The notes beneath the pieces were generated by a model. That model was not told where the DNA came from. It ran no database searches and worked only from the letters and a program-made list of their open reading frames with translations. This document shows, piece by piece, positions 1 through 14,528 of a DNA stretch of 64,000 nucleotides. Position numbers and translations under genes: made by a program. Origin of the DNA: Adineta vaga (Eukaryota > Animalia > Rotifera); NCBI GenBank assembly GCA_021613535.1, contig CP075494.1, positions 11,842,001 through 11,906,000 on the forward strand. The letters run 5' to 3'. Within the stretch, counting starts at the first letter, position 1, and each line of letters opens with the position of its first letter.

Positions 1-313
1 ACAAAAAACAGATTTTTTATCTTTAAGTTAATAGATTGATCAGACATATACAAATAAAAGGAATGCGAGCAAAAGACGATATATACATAAATATGGCCGA
101 AAAAAAAGAGAGAACAAAAGCAAGTCGAACATTTCAAATAGCGTTTGTTAGTTAGTTTTTCAAATAAGATAATGTGGAATTTGTTGATGCCACTGGACGG
201 CATTATCATCAGGAAAGAAAGAAAGAAAGAAAGAAAGAAGAAGAAGAAGAAAAGAAGGAAAATTATCGCACCGGAATAGTTCGTAAAAAACAGATATTAA
301 AAAACAAAACAAG

Positions 314-2704
<2,391 letters not shown>

Positions 2705-4908
2705 TGTCTTCGATCATCTATATACATATAAGAAAAACAGTTCTTTGTTTTCATTTTCTCAATTAAAATATTGAAAAATAAATCTACCTATTGTTATCAA
2801 TCCAGTGTGTTTTGTTTAGATATTGAGGTCAGAAATCAAATTGAACTTTTCGCATACATACACACACAGAGAATCTAAAAGGAGACAAAAGAGAACGATG
2901 GCACATTGTATAATACCAAATGAGAAGAATATCTTTAAGCTCTAAATAAACATTCATGTTAAATTCATCGAATACGAAGGCGGAGACTCGACGCGTGTGC
3001 TTATACACGACTTTAATTTTGTCAATAGATGATGTCAATCGATTAGAAGGGAAAATCTCTAATATCATGATAATACAATGAATAGATCTTCACTTTTGTT
3101 TGTTAAATCTCAACACTCCTGTCAGATTTATGGGTATGTGTATGTGTATGTGTGTACAAAAGAAGACAGCTCAGTTGTATATAAGACGAAAAAGAAAATA
3201 GGTCATAGCGAAGAAGAAGAAGAAGAAGAAGAAAAAGAACAGTTACTATCGTCAATTAATGTTGAGATCGATAACAAAGAACAAAAAAAATCGTTTAACA
3301 CATTGTGAAAAAACGAACAAAGTTGATACATCTTAAACCTATTCATACTATGCCAAAAGAAATCTAAAAGAGAATCAAAACATACAACATGTACGAGACG
3401 AGACAAAGAAGAGAAAGAGATAAGATGATGATTACTCATAGGAATGAAATTTCTCGTGTTTATGTGATAAACGAAAAGAAAAGACGAAAAAGAGCAATGA
3501 TGTCAACGTATTATCACCAAGTTTTGCAATTATTTAGATTCAAAAATATGTCTATAGAAAACGACAACTTGCTTTTTATCAATGACTCTTTTTTTTTTCT
3601 CCCTGTGAGATCATTAATCATAAAAATATATTCTTATTCTGTGGCTATTTTTTTCTGTGCTATACTCACGTCTTTTTTTGTGTATACCGATATTACTTCA
3701 AGTAAACTAATCAACTTTTTCTTCAGTCTCATCTAGTAAGCGAGCATGTATTGTTAAAGAACATTACTATCATTTACCTTCACATATTTATCTAGCTTGA
3801 AAATTCTTTTTTTTCAACTGAACAAATACGTAGAAAGAGAAGAAATAGTTTTCATCATTCAAATAAAATAATCTCGAGATTTTCAAGGAACCAACATTTA
3901 CTTACATGCTCACGAGAAATAAAGGACGCTTGACATCAGCCAATCATTGTGAACAAATAGTCATTGAACTATATTCACCACTCATTCATTTTCTATTGGA
4001 TAAGTTGTTCCTTTTTTTGGATGGCGTTAGTTGCCGCATGATCATTTTTTTTCATCGATATATATCAATAAGAAATTGATTATCAAAAAAGAAAAAAAAA
4101 GTGTTTTCATACACATAACATATTCGATTACTCGTATTGATACATCAATTAATCAACAGACCGATAAGTGATGTAATAGTATCGATGAATAGAATACAAA
4201 ACAATGTGTTGATATTTGTTAGAGCCACTTGTCTTGTCTTGTCACATTTGTCTAGAGGTCATAAGCGACGGGATCACTGTTTTTGTCATGCAACTACTTT
4301 GTTTGACTCACTCGAAGTTGTCATGTTTTATTTATTTCTATTATTATGAAATGAAAAACTTAATTAGAGAACACAATGTAGTATAGCATGCGAGAAATTT
4401 ATTAACATTGAATTATATACTACCGTTTCACATAGGGAATAGACAAACATATTCATATTCATCTCATCAATTTATCTATAATGAATAATTATAGAGAAAA
4501 TGTTACAAATTTTCGAGTCATTTACACGAAAATAAATATTATGATTTTATGTCGAAAAATCGTATTTATACAGTTTTGGATCGAAATGTCTTTTCAATAG
4601 TCAAAAAGGATTGTTTGTTAAATAACAACGAGAAATAATCTAATACAAATTATAGAATTTATTTTAATGTTTTTTTCTTTCTCCAATAATAACTCATAAA
4701 TTTTTCCGTAGGAAGCCGTGTATTATCGGACTACATTATAAATATGAAAAACCCAACGTAAAAATACCCAGTGTATGAGAGTATCTAAAAATATATCATG
4801 ATTCATCGTTTATAGCCGAAAGGCATGACGAAATCTTCATAGTATTAATCGTTGAAGTGGTTAAAAATATGCTGATACAATTCTCTTTTTTTCAACTGGG
4901 TTTATTCT

Positions 4909-4948
4909 TGACTCATCGGGAAAATTTCCAACCATCATTGTCTATAAA
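4909..4948 (+). promoter_or_regulatory. Putative viperin proximal promoter: AP-1 site, kB-like site, TATA box
   Basis: TGACTCA 4909-4915, GGGAAAATTTCC 4918-4929 and TATAAA 4943-4948, ending ~65 nt upstream of the ATG at 5013. Confidence 0.5.
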
Positions 4949-5012
4949 GGAAAACTGCAGTTAGACAACAACCTCACGTCTTTTCCGATTCTCTTATTTT
5001 GCAAATCTCAAA

Positions 5013-5978
5013 ATGATACTTTTCAAACTTTTAATTCAAGTAATTCTACGTATGTGGAATACTATTCAGTTCACATTCTTCTCAAAACGACCGATTCCTA
5101 TAAGTGTAAACTATCATCTAACTCGCGCTTGTAATTATCGGTGCAAGTTTTGTTTTCATACCGCTCTTACCAATGATCGTCTTCCAATTGATGAAGCTAA
5201 ACGTGGTATACGTCTACTACAACAAGCTGGCACGAAAAAGATTAATTTTTCTGGAGGTGAACCATTTTTAATCGACCAAGGACGTTTTGTTGGTGAATTA
5301 ACGCGATTTGCTAAAGAAGAATGTCAAATGGCAACAAGCATTGTTTCTAACGGCAGTTTAATATTCGAGAAATGGTTCGAAATGTATTCACAATATTTAG
5401 ATATACTTGCTATATCTTGTGATTCCTTTGATGATGAATGTAATCGCAAAGCTGGCAGAACAAATGGTCATGAAACTCATTCACAAATTGGGCACGTACG
5501 TCGTGTTCGGCATTTATGTGAACAATACAATGTTATTTTTAAAATTAATTCTGTTATACATAAATTCAATTATCAAGAAGATATGACATATGCTATTGAA
5601 GAACTAGAACCAGTACGATGGAAAGTATTTCAATGCTTATTAATTCAAGGAGAAAATATGGGTGGAGAAAATAATTTACGTGATGCTCGTGATTTAGTCA
5701 TTACTGATGAACAATTTCAAGAGTTCTGTCAACGACATCAACATTTAAAATGTTTTGTACCAGAATCAAATTTAGCAATGAGAAATTCATATTTAATCCT
5801 TGATGAAAAGATGCGATTTCTAGATTGTACAAAAGGACGTAAGGATCCTTCACCATCAATTCTTGATATTGGTGTTGAATCAGCATTGAATCGAAGTGGT
5901 TTTGATGAAGAAATGTTCTTTGAACGTGGTGGCCAATATAAATGGACTAAAGATACAGTGGATTTAAATGATTGGTAA
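5013..5978 (+). CDS. RSAD2: Viperin (radical SAM antiviral ddhNTP synthase), intronless
   Basis: 321-aa ORF with [21 protein letters not shown] (CxxxCxxC), [43 protein letters not shown], a C-terminal DW and a hydrophobic N-terminus. Confidence 0.95.
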   Translation: MILFKLLIQVILRMWNTIQFTFFSKRPIPISVNYHLTRACNYRCKFCFHTALTNDRLPIDEAKRGIRLLQQAGTKKINFSGGEPFLIDQGRFVGELTRFAKEECQMATSIVSNGSLIFEKWFEMYSQYLDILAISCDSFDDECNRKAGRTNGHETHSQIGHVRRVRHLCEQYNVIFKINSVIHKFNYQEDMTYAIEELEPVRWKVFQCLLIQGENMGGENNLRDARDLVITDEQFQEFCQRHQHLKCFVPESNLAMRNSYLILDEKMRFLDCTKGRKDPSPSILDIGVESALNRSGFDEEMFFERGGQYKWTKDTVDLNDW

Positions 5979-6352
5979 CTTTGCATATTGTTGGTATTCA
6001 AGACAAAAATTTGTCTCATTCAAAATGAACACTAGCTAGAATCTCATACGTATGATTGTTTTGGATTTTGTTTTTTTTCATTGTTAATATATATATATAT
6101 ATAAAGTAGAACTACGCAGTTCAAAAAAATCAAACCTTTAACATATTAATCATTCTCTTGAAACTATTTCTTCTCTCTCTCTCTCTGTAAGTCATTTGAG
6201 TCAGTTAAAAAGTATATTTAATTTGTCAACGATATTAGCATAGTACTACTTCCTGTAAATACAATCTTTAGAAATATCACTCCCCTCTGTTTTATCTTTT
6301 ATTTCGAAGCTTTAGAAATATAGAAATACAAATAGATAACATAGATGAAATT

Positions 6353-7408
6353 TTATTTTTTAATTCGATGTGTCCGATGTTTGGTTGGCTGTTCTACTGT
6401 ATCACAATGAACGGAGACTGTTGATGTTACATGTCGATCTTCTTTTCCATCACTCAATGGAATAACAAACGATCTAAAATGAAATCAATAGGTTATTTGG
6501 TATGATAAAACTACTTCAGCAATTACTTACGATGGAAAATCTGGTACATTGGAAAGAAAATATTCGAAAATTTCAGCAGTAATTTTTTTCTCATCACGTA
6601 GATCAACTTCGTTAATAACCTAAAACATAATACATGGAAATGAAATTTTTCAATCAATGAACAAACCGCTTCAGCAATCTTTGTTAAATCGTCGTCATTA
6701 AATTTTTCTCCTGATAAACGACGAACAATTTCTTTTATATCATACAAATCAATTGTATTCGGTGTTGCTACTCCTCCATCTAAAATTTTCAAAAATACAT
6801 GATAAAAATAAGGAAGCTTATTGAAATTCTTACTTGGTCGTGGACCTTTATAGATTCCTTCTGAAATATAAAGCAAACGAAATAAATAAGATCAGTTAAA
6901 ATGATTCGATTTTTACGATAAATTTTGAATGCATATGAAACTTTAACAGATTTTGGTGCTCTTTCCGAGAAGACACTCATCATATCTAAGAAATCTTCAT
7001 ATGTTATTGAACCATCTTCTTGAGAAGAGAACACTTCAACAATTCGTTCACGAAATGGATTTTGCTATAGAAAACAATCGAATCTTTTTCTATTCAAAAT
7101 TTCAATTCTCTTACGTAAAGTTCATTGATATTAGCAGCTTGTTTTTTCGATAGACGCCATTTAGATATATCATTGTCTTTATGATTAATTGCTACGAGTT
7201 GATGAAATCTTTCCAAAACTCTAGACACAACAAATGATTACAATTCTATGAAAATGAATTTTTTACTGTGAAATTTCCTGGCGAGTTAAAAATGTTAATG
7301 TCTAATCGAAAAAAGAAAGTTATTTGAATGTTTTTGTAAGATTCGATTGCAATTTACCTGATAATCATCGTAAGCTTTTTCAGAGATATATGAATATGAA
7401 GTACCCAT
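6353..7408 (-). CDS. Calcium and integrin-binding (CIB) family EF-hand protein
   Basis: Spliced: MGTSYSYISEKAYDDYQ-TLTFLTRQEI...NPFRERIVEVFSSQEDGSITYEDFLDMMSVFSERAPKSVKVSYAFKIY...VINEVDL. The MG start and these motifs are CIB-like. Stop TAA at 6353-6355. Confidence 0.85.
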
Positions 7409-7678
7409 GTTCGTATGCAAATGAAAGGAAGAAGAGATTCATTTTCAAGTATCTGCAAACAATAAAAATGGTTGGTTGTTCTGTATTCTCTAATCATTAG
7501 TGCTGATAATATCAATTTAAAAGCGACACGTAATAAGCTTGAGTTGTTCATTATAGTAATTCAATTTGAAATATAGAACAAATAGTATTAAAACTTCTTT
7601 CACGAAGATAGTTGTCGAATAATGATAGATTTAATAGTATGCATTAATCTAACTGGAATTTGGTCTTCGTAAATATAA

Positions 7679-7789
7679 GACAGTGCTTTTGATTATCTAG
7701 ATGTTCCATCAATTCATGTTACCGGTGCTGATGTTCCTTTAGCCTATGCAAATGAACTCGAACACCCTTCTATATTAAAACAAGTTTAA
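7679..7789 (+). pseudogene. Isolated fragment of the pyruvate dehydrogenase E1 beta C-terminus
   Basis: Translates as DSAFDYLDVPSIHVTGADVPLAYANELEHPSILKQV*, resembling the PDHB motif AFxxLDAPxxRVTGADVPMPYA. No intact upstream exons were found. Confidence 0.7.
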
Positions 7790-8534
7790 AAGAATGGGAC
7801 AAATCATATAAATGAGAGTTATTGAAAGAATACTCTATAGTTATATGTTTTACGCTGTTTGATTAAAAAATGCTATTGTAAAAGTCAGATGGAGAAAATT
7901 TTCATCTTAGAAATCTAATTACAAAGTCATACGCCATTTCTTCATCAAATCCATTCTTTCAACTATGATTATCACTAAAGAATTGAAAGGAATATCTTAT
8001 ACAAACTCGTCGATCAACACAATCATCTTCGGAATGTTCTATGAATTAGATAGTCAATTACGCGTTTCATAAACGAATAGACATTTAAATATATATTACC
8101 TATAATTAAATGAATATTTATCTTCTCTATTATCTTGATTTTTTTGTAGAGTAATGTGTCAACATTTACTGCTAAGTTCTTATGTCACACGCACTCATCG
8201 TTTTCATTCTATTTTGTACTTTGAGCCTAACATCAAAACAAGTTATTATTATTCATAACTGTTTATAAATTCTATCAGCTATTTTATACATCATTTCTTT
8301 AGTCTTTTCTTCTGTGTCAGATGTCGGAAGCAATTAATATTAATAAAGATTAGATTTTAGATAGACATAAGTCACTTATCTGAGAAACTAGCGACATAAA
8401 GAATGAAAATATTTTCTAGCGACATGTGAATGTTGACTGCTATTGGTTAATCAACATTGTCAAAGGTATATGTATGTATATATATAAATTGATTCATCTT
8501 TATGTAAGTTTTTGTTTCATAAACGATTGGGAAA

Positions 8535-9825
8535 ATGCCGTATGCAAATCAACCAAGTGTTCAAGTGATTGATCTAAACGATGATATTATCAAATTTATT
8601 ATTGAAAATACGGATTTAAGTGTAGCAAATGCTATACGTCGTTGTATGATCGCTGAAACACCAACAATTGCCATTGATTCAGTTCAAATTGATTCCAATA
8701 CAACAGTTCTATTCGATGAATTTCTTGCTCATCGTGTTGGTTTAATTCCATTGTATAGTGAAGAATTAGTTGATAAAATGAATTATCATCGTGATTGTTC
8801 GTGTGAAGGTTTTTGTCCACAATGTTCAGTGGAATTTACACTTGATGTACGCAATCGAGAAGAACAAACAAGAAATGTACGATGAAAATCTATAGAAAAT
8901 AAACATTTTTTTTCTTCCAATTTTCTATTTAGGTTACATCAGCTGATTTAAAAACAAGCAATCCACATTTAGTGCCAGTAACGTCGAAAGCTAGAAATGA
9001 TGATGAAGGACAAGATCATTTTATTGAACGTAAGATATTCGATGATTTTAGAAGAGATATTTGCTAAAGATTAAGCTTTTATTTTGATATTTAGTTAAAA
9101 ATATCTTTGTTTTGAAAATGTAAAGGTTAAATAGTTAAAACTTATAAGGTGTTGAAAATGAGAGGAACATTAAAACAAAGTAGTATTTTATGTTAATAAC
9201 CAATAGATTAAGACATTTTCTTCAAATTAATACAAAGAAATAATGAAAGATAATTTTTATTTTGTTTAGATATTCTTATTGTTAAACTTCGACAAGGCCA
9301 AGAATTACGTTTGAAAGCCCATGCACGAAAGGGTTTTGGTAAAGAACACGCAAAATGGATTCCAACATGTGTAAATTATTCAATAATAACTTTGAAAAGA
9401 AATCTATTTTCTTGTTTTCTTCATACAGGGTGTTTCATTCGAATATGATCCAGACAATTCTCTTCGTCATACGGTTTATCCAGTACCAGAAGAATGGCCA
9501 CATTCAGAACATACTGGTAAATTAGATAGATATGGATTAAAATATAGATGATAATCGAATTTTATTCTGAATATAGAACTATCTGAACATGAACATGAAG
9601 CTCCATTTGATCCAAATAAAGTTCCAAATAAATTCTTTTTCAATGTTGAATCAACTGGTGCACTTAAACCAGAAACTGTAAGTTATTCAATTAGATTTTC
9701 TAACTCAAATAACACATATATTTAAATATTTATTTTAGATCGTTTTGTCTGGTCTTAATGTTCTTAAACAAAAATTGAGTAATTTACAAACATTACTTAA
9801 ACAGGAAACGATTGAAGGACTGTAG
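8535..9825 (+). CDS. POLR2C: RNA polymerase II subunit RPB3
   Basis: [11 protein letters not shown]...[11 protein letters not shown], zinc motif [39 protein letters not shown] and [14 protein letters not shown] across several exons. Stop TAG at 9823-9825. Confidence 0.95.
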
Positions 9826-10001
9826 AGAAAGAAAAAAACAATGTTATTGTTGTTCTTTAGAAAAAAAAATAAATGATTCTTGAATCTCTATTCTAGATTA
9901 AATTTATTATTGTTATTTGGAAATATGATGTAGATTTAAATAATCTGATTGATTCATTTTTTTTGAAGCGATGTTGAAATCAGATCGAATCTGATATACA
10001 A

Positions 10002-13000
10002 ATGTCCGAACGAAAATCCAATGGACCATCATCGCCTACTCGTCGATCAACACTGGTCAATGAACATGAACAAAATCATAGAAAAAAACGAGAGAATGTT
10101 AATCAACAACAGGAAAGAACATCATCAAATCCAGGTAGGAAGAAATACAAATTGACTCTGATGTATTTATTGATAGTTTATTGTATGATAAATAGCTAGA
10201 ATAATGGAGAGTGAACTTTAAAAACAGATACTATTCTTTTTATGATATTTCTCAACTTTAGTAATTTGATCATTATACGTAGATCATCTTGATAGTTTCT
10301 ATAACCAATTAGCAAATGACATACGATCTGACTAAAGTATCATTTGATTAGTTCGCCAACGTACTTTCTAACATAATTAGAACATTGAAAGATGAATAAA
10401 AGTTAGTTTGTTGATATCAAACTTTAGTATACCACATGCAACAATGAATACATATACACAATTGCTGTATGTGAAGTTGGTATAGTATAGATAGGTCAGT
10501 TTGAATATATTACATAGAAGGCATCTGACCGGTGTAAGAAAAACGTCATATATAGTTTATGATAAAAAGTCATCAGTTATGATAGACCCTAGAAAATGAT
10601 CATGACATGACCATAACCAAAGTAAAACTTGGTCATGCCGATATGAATTCAAAAGACATCTCGTAATTGATGTACAATAGAATGTGTATGATTTATTTTA
10701 TGTAAGATACGTCGTTTTAGTAATCATTTTGTTGTCTTCTTATTGTAGAAAGTCAAACTACTGTGGTGTTTCGCTCTGATCAGACTCCTTCATCATCATC
10801 ATCGACTCGTAAATCAAATTGTTCAATGTCAGAAACCAATAGATCACGTTCAAAAACCACTTCTACTACAAGTATCACACCAGACGTTGAAAATCCACCA
10901 ACACAATCAACTGGTCTCAATATTCTTCAATCAATTAGAGATGTAACACATCAAGAATTAAATCGTGCTAATCCATTAGGTCTTCTCGGTAAAGAAGTTA
11001 TATCTGCAACAGGAACAACACATTGTCCAGAACCAATACCACCGAAAGAATCTGATGAAAATGTTCTTAGTACTAGTCGTACATCTTCGTCATGTTCATC
11101 CGCATCACCAATCAATGATAATGAACCTCAACAGTTACATTTTCCATTAAATGAAGAAGAAAAAATGCAAATGACACGTCGTCGTTCAACATTGGCAAAT
11201 ATTACTGATCTGACTCTTCCACCATGTCCCGCCGAATATATTCCCTCAGATAATGATCTCAATTTACAACCTCATCTTTTCTCTCAACCATCACCCGGTA
11301 CTATGATTGCTGATTTTATTCCGGATACTATGTCAATTAATGTTTTTGAAGTCTTTATCTATGCTTGGGGTGTATTTGCCTTCTTTTTCGATACAGTTAC
11401 TGATCTTGTCTTAGCACATGCTTATTATCTCGAAGGTGCATATTGGCTGTTTATATTAACATTGATGTGTGTCATTTTACCAAATGTAACTTTATCCGTA
11501 TTTTCACTTGTTTGGTATATGGATAGTAGTCAATTGAAAGCAGCTGCAAATAAAGAAACGAAAACTAATAATGAAACAACACATCAAACGACCTATTGTC
11601 AAACAGATGATGCAGTTGAAAATGAAAATGGACAAGATCAAGTTGATGCTCATCTTTCACGAATAAGACAACAACCACAAATGCCAGAAGCGAAAATCAA
11701 AAAGAATACTTTTCAAATATCAGCTGCAACGATCAAAGGTTTCACATGGATTATTCGAATTATTATATTACTACTTCAACTTGATCTATGTTTAAAGTAT
11801 GTATGAGAATTGAATCTACTGAAATGATGATAGTTTTAATTTAGATATATACGTGGTTTATATTATACATGGAAAGGTTTCCAAAAACGTCATAATCCAA
11901 AATGGGCACGATTCTATTTAACAAAACAAATCTTAATAGATGCTGATATTGCATTATTACGTGTATTCGATTGTTTCATGGATTCAGGTTCTCAAGTGGT
12001 ATTACAATTGTACATTATGTTAAGATTAGGTTCAACATCGATGAAATGTAAAAAATCTTCACTAGATGTTTTCTTTAACTTCATATTATTCATTTGTTTT
12101 TTTTTTGTCTAGTTGATAATCTATTCGCAAAGCAATGTTTATCGATTGTATCTTCACTTGGATCATTAGCTTATGCTTTGAGTGGTTATTCAAGATGTTG
12201 GAGACATATGCAATTAACACATTCACCACATGGTTGGCCAAAAGATAAACCACCTCCACGATTAGTTTCATGGTGGAGTACAATTATTCAATGGGTATGA
12301 ATATTTCGAATTTTTTCTCTTGAAACAAATCCATAATTCTATTGATTTAGTTTTGGTATCTATTTTTAATTACACCACGAGTTTTGGCATTAGCTATGTT
12401 TGCAGCTACATTTCGTTCATGGTTTTGGATTATTCTTGTTGGTCATTGGTTTGGAATGCTTTTTTGGATTCTTCGTTTTGTATGTTTCAACTATTTCTGC
12501 ATTCTACCATAGAATAAAATCTTCTTGCTTTCTTTTAGCGTACGATTTTCTGTATTAGTGATCAAACAAAATATAATCCACGTGAAGCAATTTTTGAAAA
12601 ATGTTACAATCTTGTATGTTCATATATATTTATATTTTGTTATATGGTAATTATTCATTTTTCTAATGAACAATCTCTGTTCAATTCATTCTGATCTTTT
12701 AGAATCTACGTAAAGGTGATACACGTTTGCATTATATTGGTTTTTATACAATTTATTATATTGAAAATATCTCTTTTTCCATTATCTATGCTATTCATTC
12801 TGCCGAAACGAATACAATCTTTAAATATTCACTTGTTACATTTGTTTGTTTGGGCTTTTGGATAGCAATTTTCTTTCAGTTTATCTATTATCGTTTTCTT
12901 CATCCAAGTGATCATGTTCGATTGAATACGAAACATAATCTAGCATCAGTTACACGTATGCGACCATTACCACGTTTTAATCGTTTAAGAAAATCGAAAT

Positions 13001-13821
13001 CATGCGAAGAGATGATTGATACAAATGAACTACAGAATCAAAATGAAAACAATGATCTTGCTGAAACTATATCCTTAGAAATGAATACAAATCCAATTAA
13101 TGAACGATGGTTTAATCGATTTTCAAAAGAAAATCGACAAAAACTTATCTCTCAACAACAAGCAATTGATCAAAAAGTCAAATTAACTAGAGCACAAAAA
13201 CAATTGGTATGTAACAAGGATTTTCCCCCGAAAATCTCATTTCTACGCATACAAGGATTTCTTTTCTAGGAAGAAGCAACCAAACGTCAGCAACATCCAT
13301 CACATAGTGTTCTATCGAAAATATCCAATGGTCTGAAACGGCCGACAACAATTTCATTATCAACATCCATACCTTCAGAGCATTCAGATACTAACAATTT
13401 CACTACGACTGATACGTATTCATCTCATTCAGAAACTCGTCATAGTCGACGTCAACCATTCTTTCATATGACTCGTGTTTCATTAACACGATCTCCACAT
13501 CAAGAATCTTATGCTAAAATGCAACAAGAAGATGAAGAAGAAGAAGAAGAAAATGATGTCGATAAGCCACCATCGATTTCTTACATATCAGATAAACGAA
13601 CATCACAACATCAGCAAACATCAAGAATGTTTAGTATTGATGAAGATACACATTTATCTAATGATAATTATCATTCCATTTCATCCCATATCAATCATGC
13701 AAGTAATGATGATGGAGAAGAAATGATTTTAACAGCTGCTAGACTTACACCATTAATAATATCTTCACCATCGAATGATACGAAATCATTTCTATCAACA
13801 ACAAATACTTCTCGATGTTAA
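10002..13821 (+). CDS. XK-related (Xkr/CED-8) multi-pass membrane protein, putative phospholipid scramblase
   Basis: FFDTVTDLVLAHAYY, DADIALLRVFDCFMDSGSQVVLQLYIM, SIVSSLGSLAYALSGY, PRVLALAMFA, YTIYYIEN and FIYYRFLHPS are XK-family motifs. Long Ser/Thr-rich termini; multi-exon. Confidence 0.85.
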
Positions 13822-14528
13822 AGTAAATAAATCTTTTTATTCATTTCTATTAATTATCGTTTATTTCATAGATAATTTTCTTTTCAAGAATATTCTGTTT
13901 AACAGTGAATGAATTTCCTATATCATTTCTCTTTCATTTAATCATATGTGATCATTTTTTCTGGAATCTCGTCTTCATACAGATGCATTATATACATTTT
14001 GTAAGAAATTTACTTTTTCATTTAACTTCGCATCTTAATAATCTATCTACTTTAGTTGTTTATCAATCAAATTGCATCTAGTCACCATTTCTTTTCTTAA
14101 TGGGCGTCACTATTCAAGCAATAAGATATCCTATCATACATCTTAGCAAATAATTGTCTTCTCTCTTTTTTTTTGTGTATAATTTTGTAAATGTGTGTAT
14201 TAGAAGTTGTAGAATTAGTTTTCATATGATAGACATGCTATATTCTCTATGTTTTCCTCTCATCAATATCAATGGAAAGATGAATCGAAACAAAACTTCT
14301 TTTATTTGTGTATTTTACAATAAAAAATACTTCTGAAGTGCGTGTGCTTCTCGTCATTTGATGATGAAAGAAAAAATGGTACTTCTATTTTTAATGATTA
14401 ACTTGAATCTGATCAATATTTTCGAGATTTGTTTTTTCCTTTTTATAATTTTATTAAAGATTAAAATAGAATAGTAGTCACTTTAATGTTTGCTGTAAGA
14501 TAAAAAATAAAGTAGAGTAAAAGGAGTT

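Noticed and set aside
2829-4349. Several 70-115 aa ORFs upstream of the kinase gene
   Set aside because: Low-complexity or microsatellite-derived; no LIM or other domain pattern.
5013-5978. Viperin as part of a prokaryotic defence island or contamination
   Set aside because: Flanked by intron-containing animal genes with similar AT content; no operon structure.
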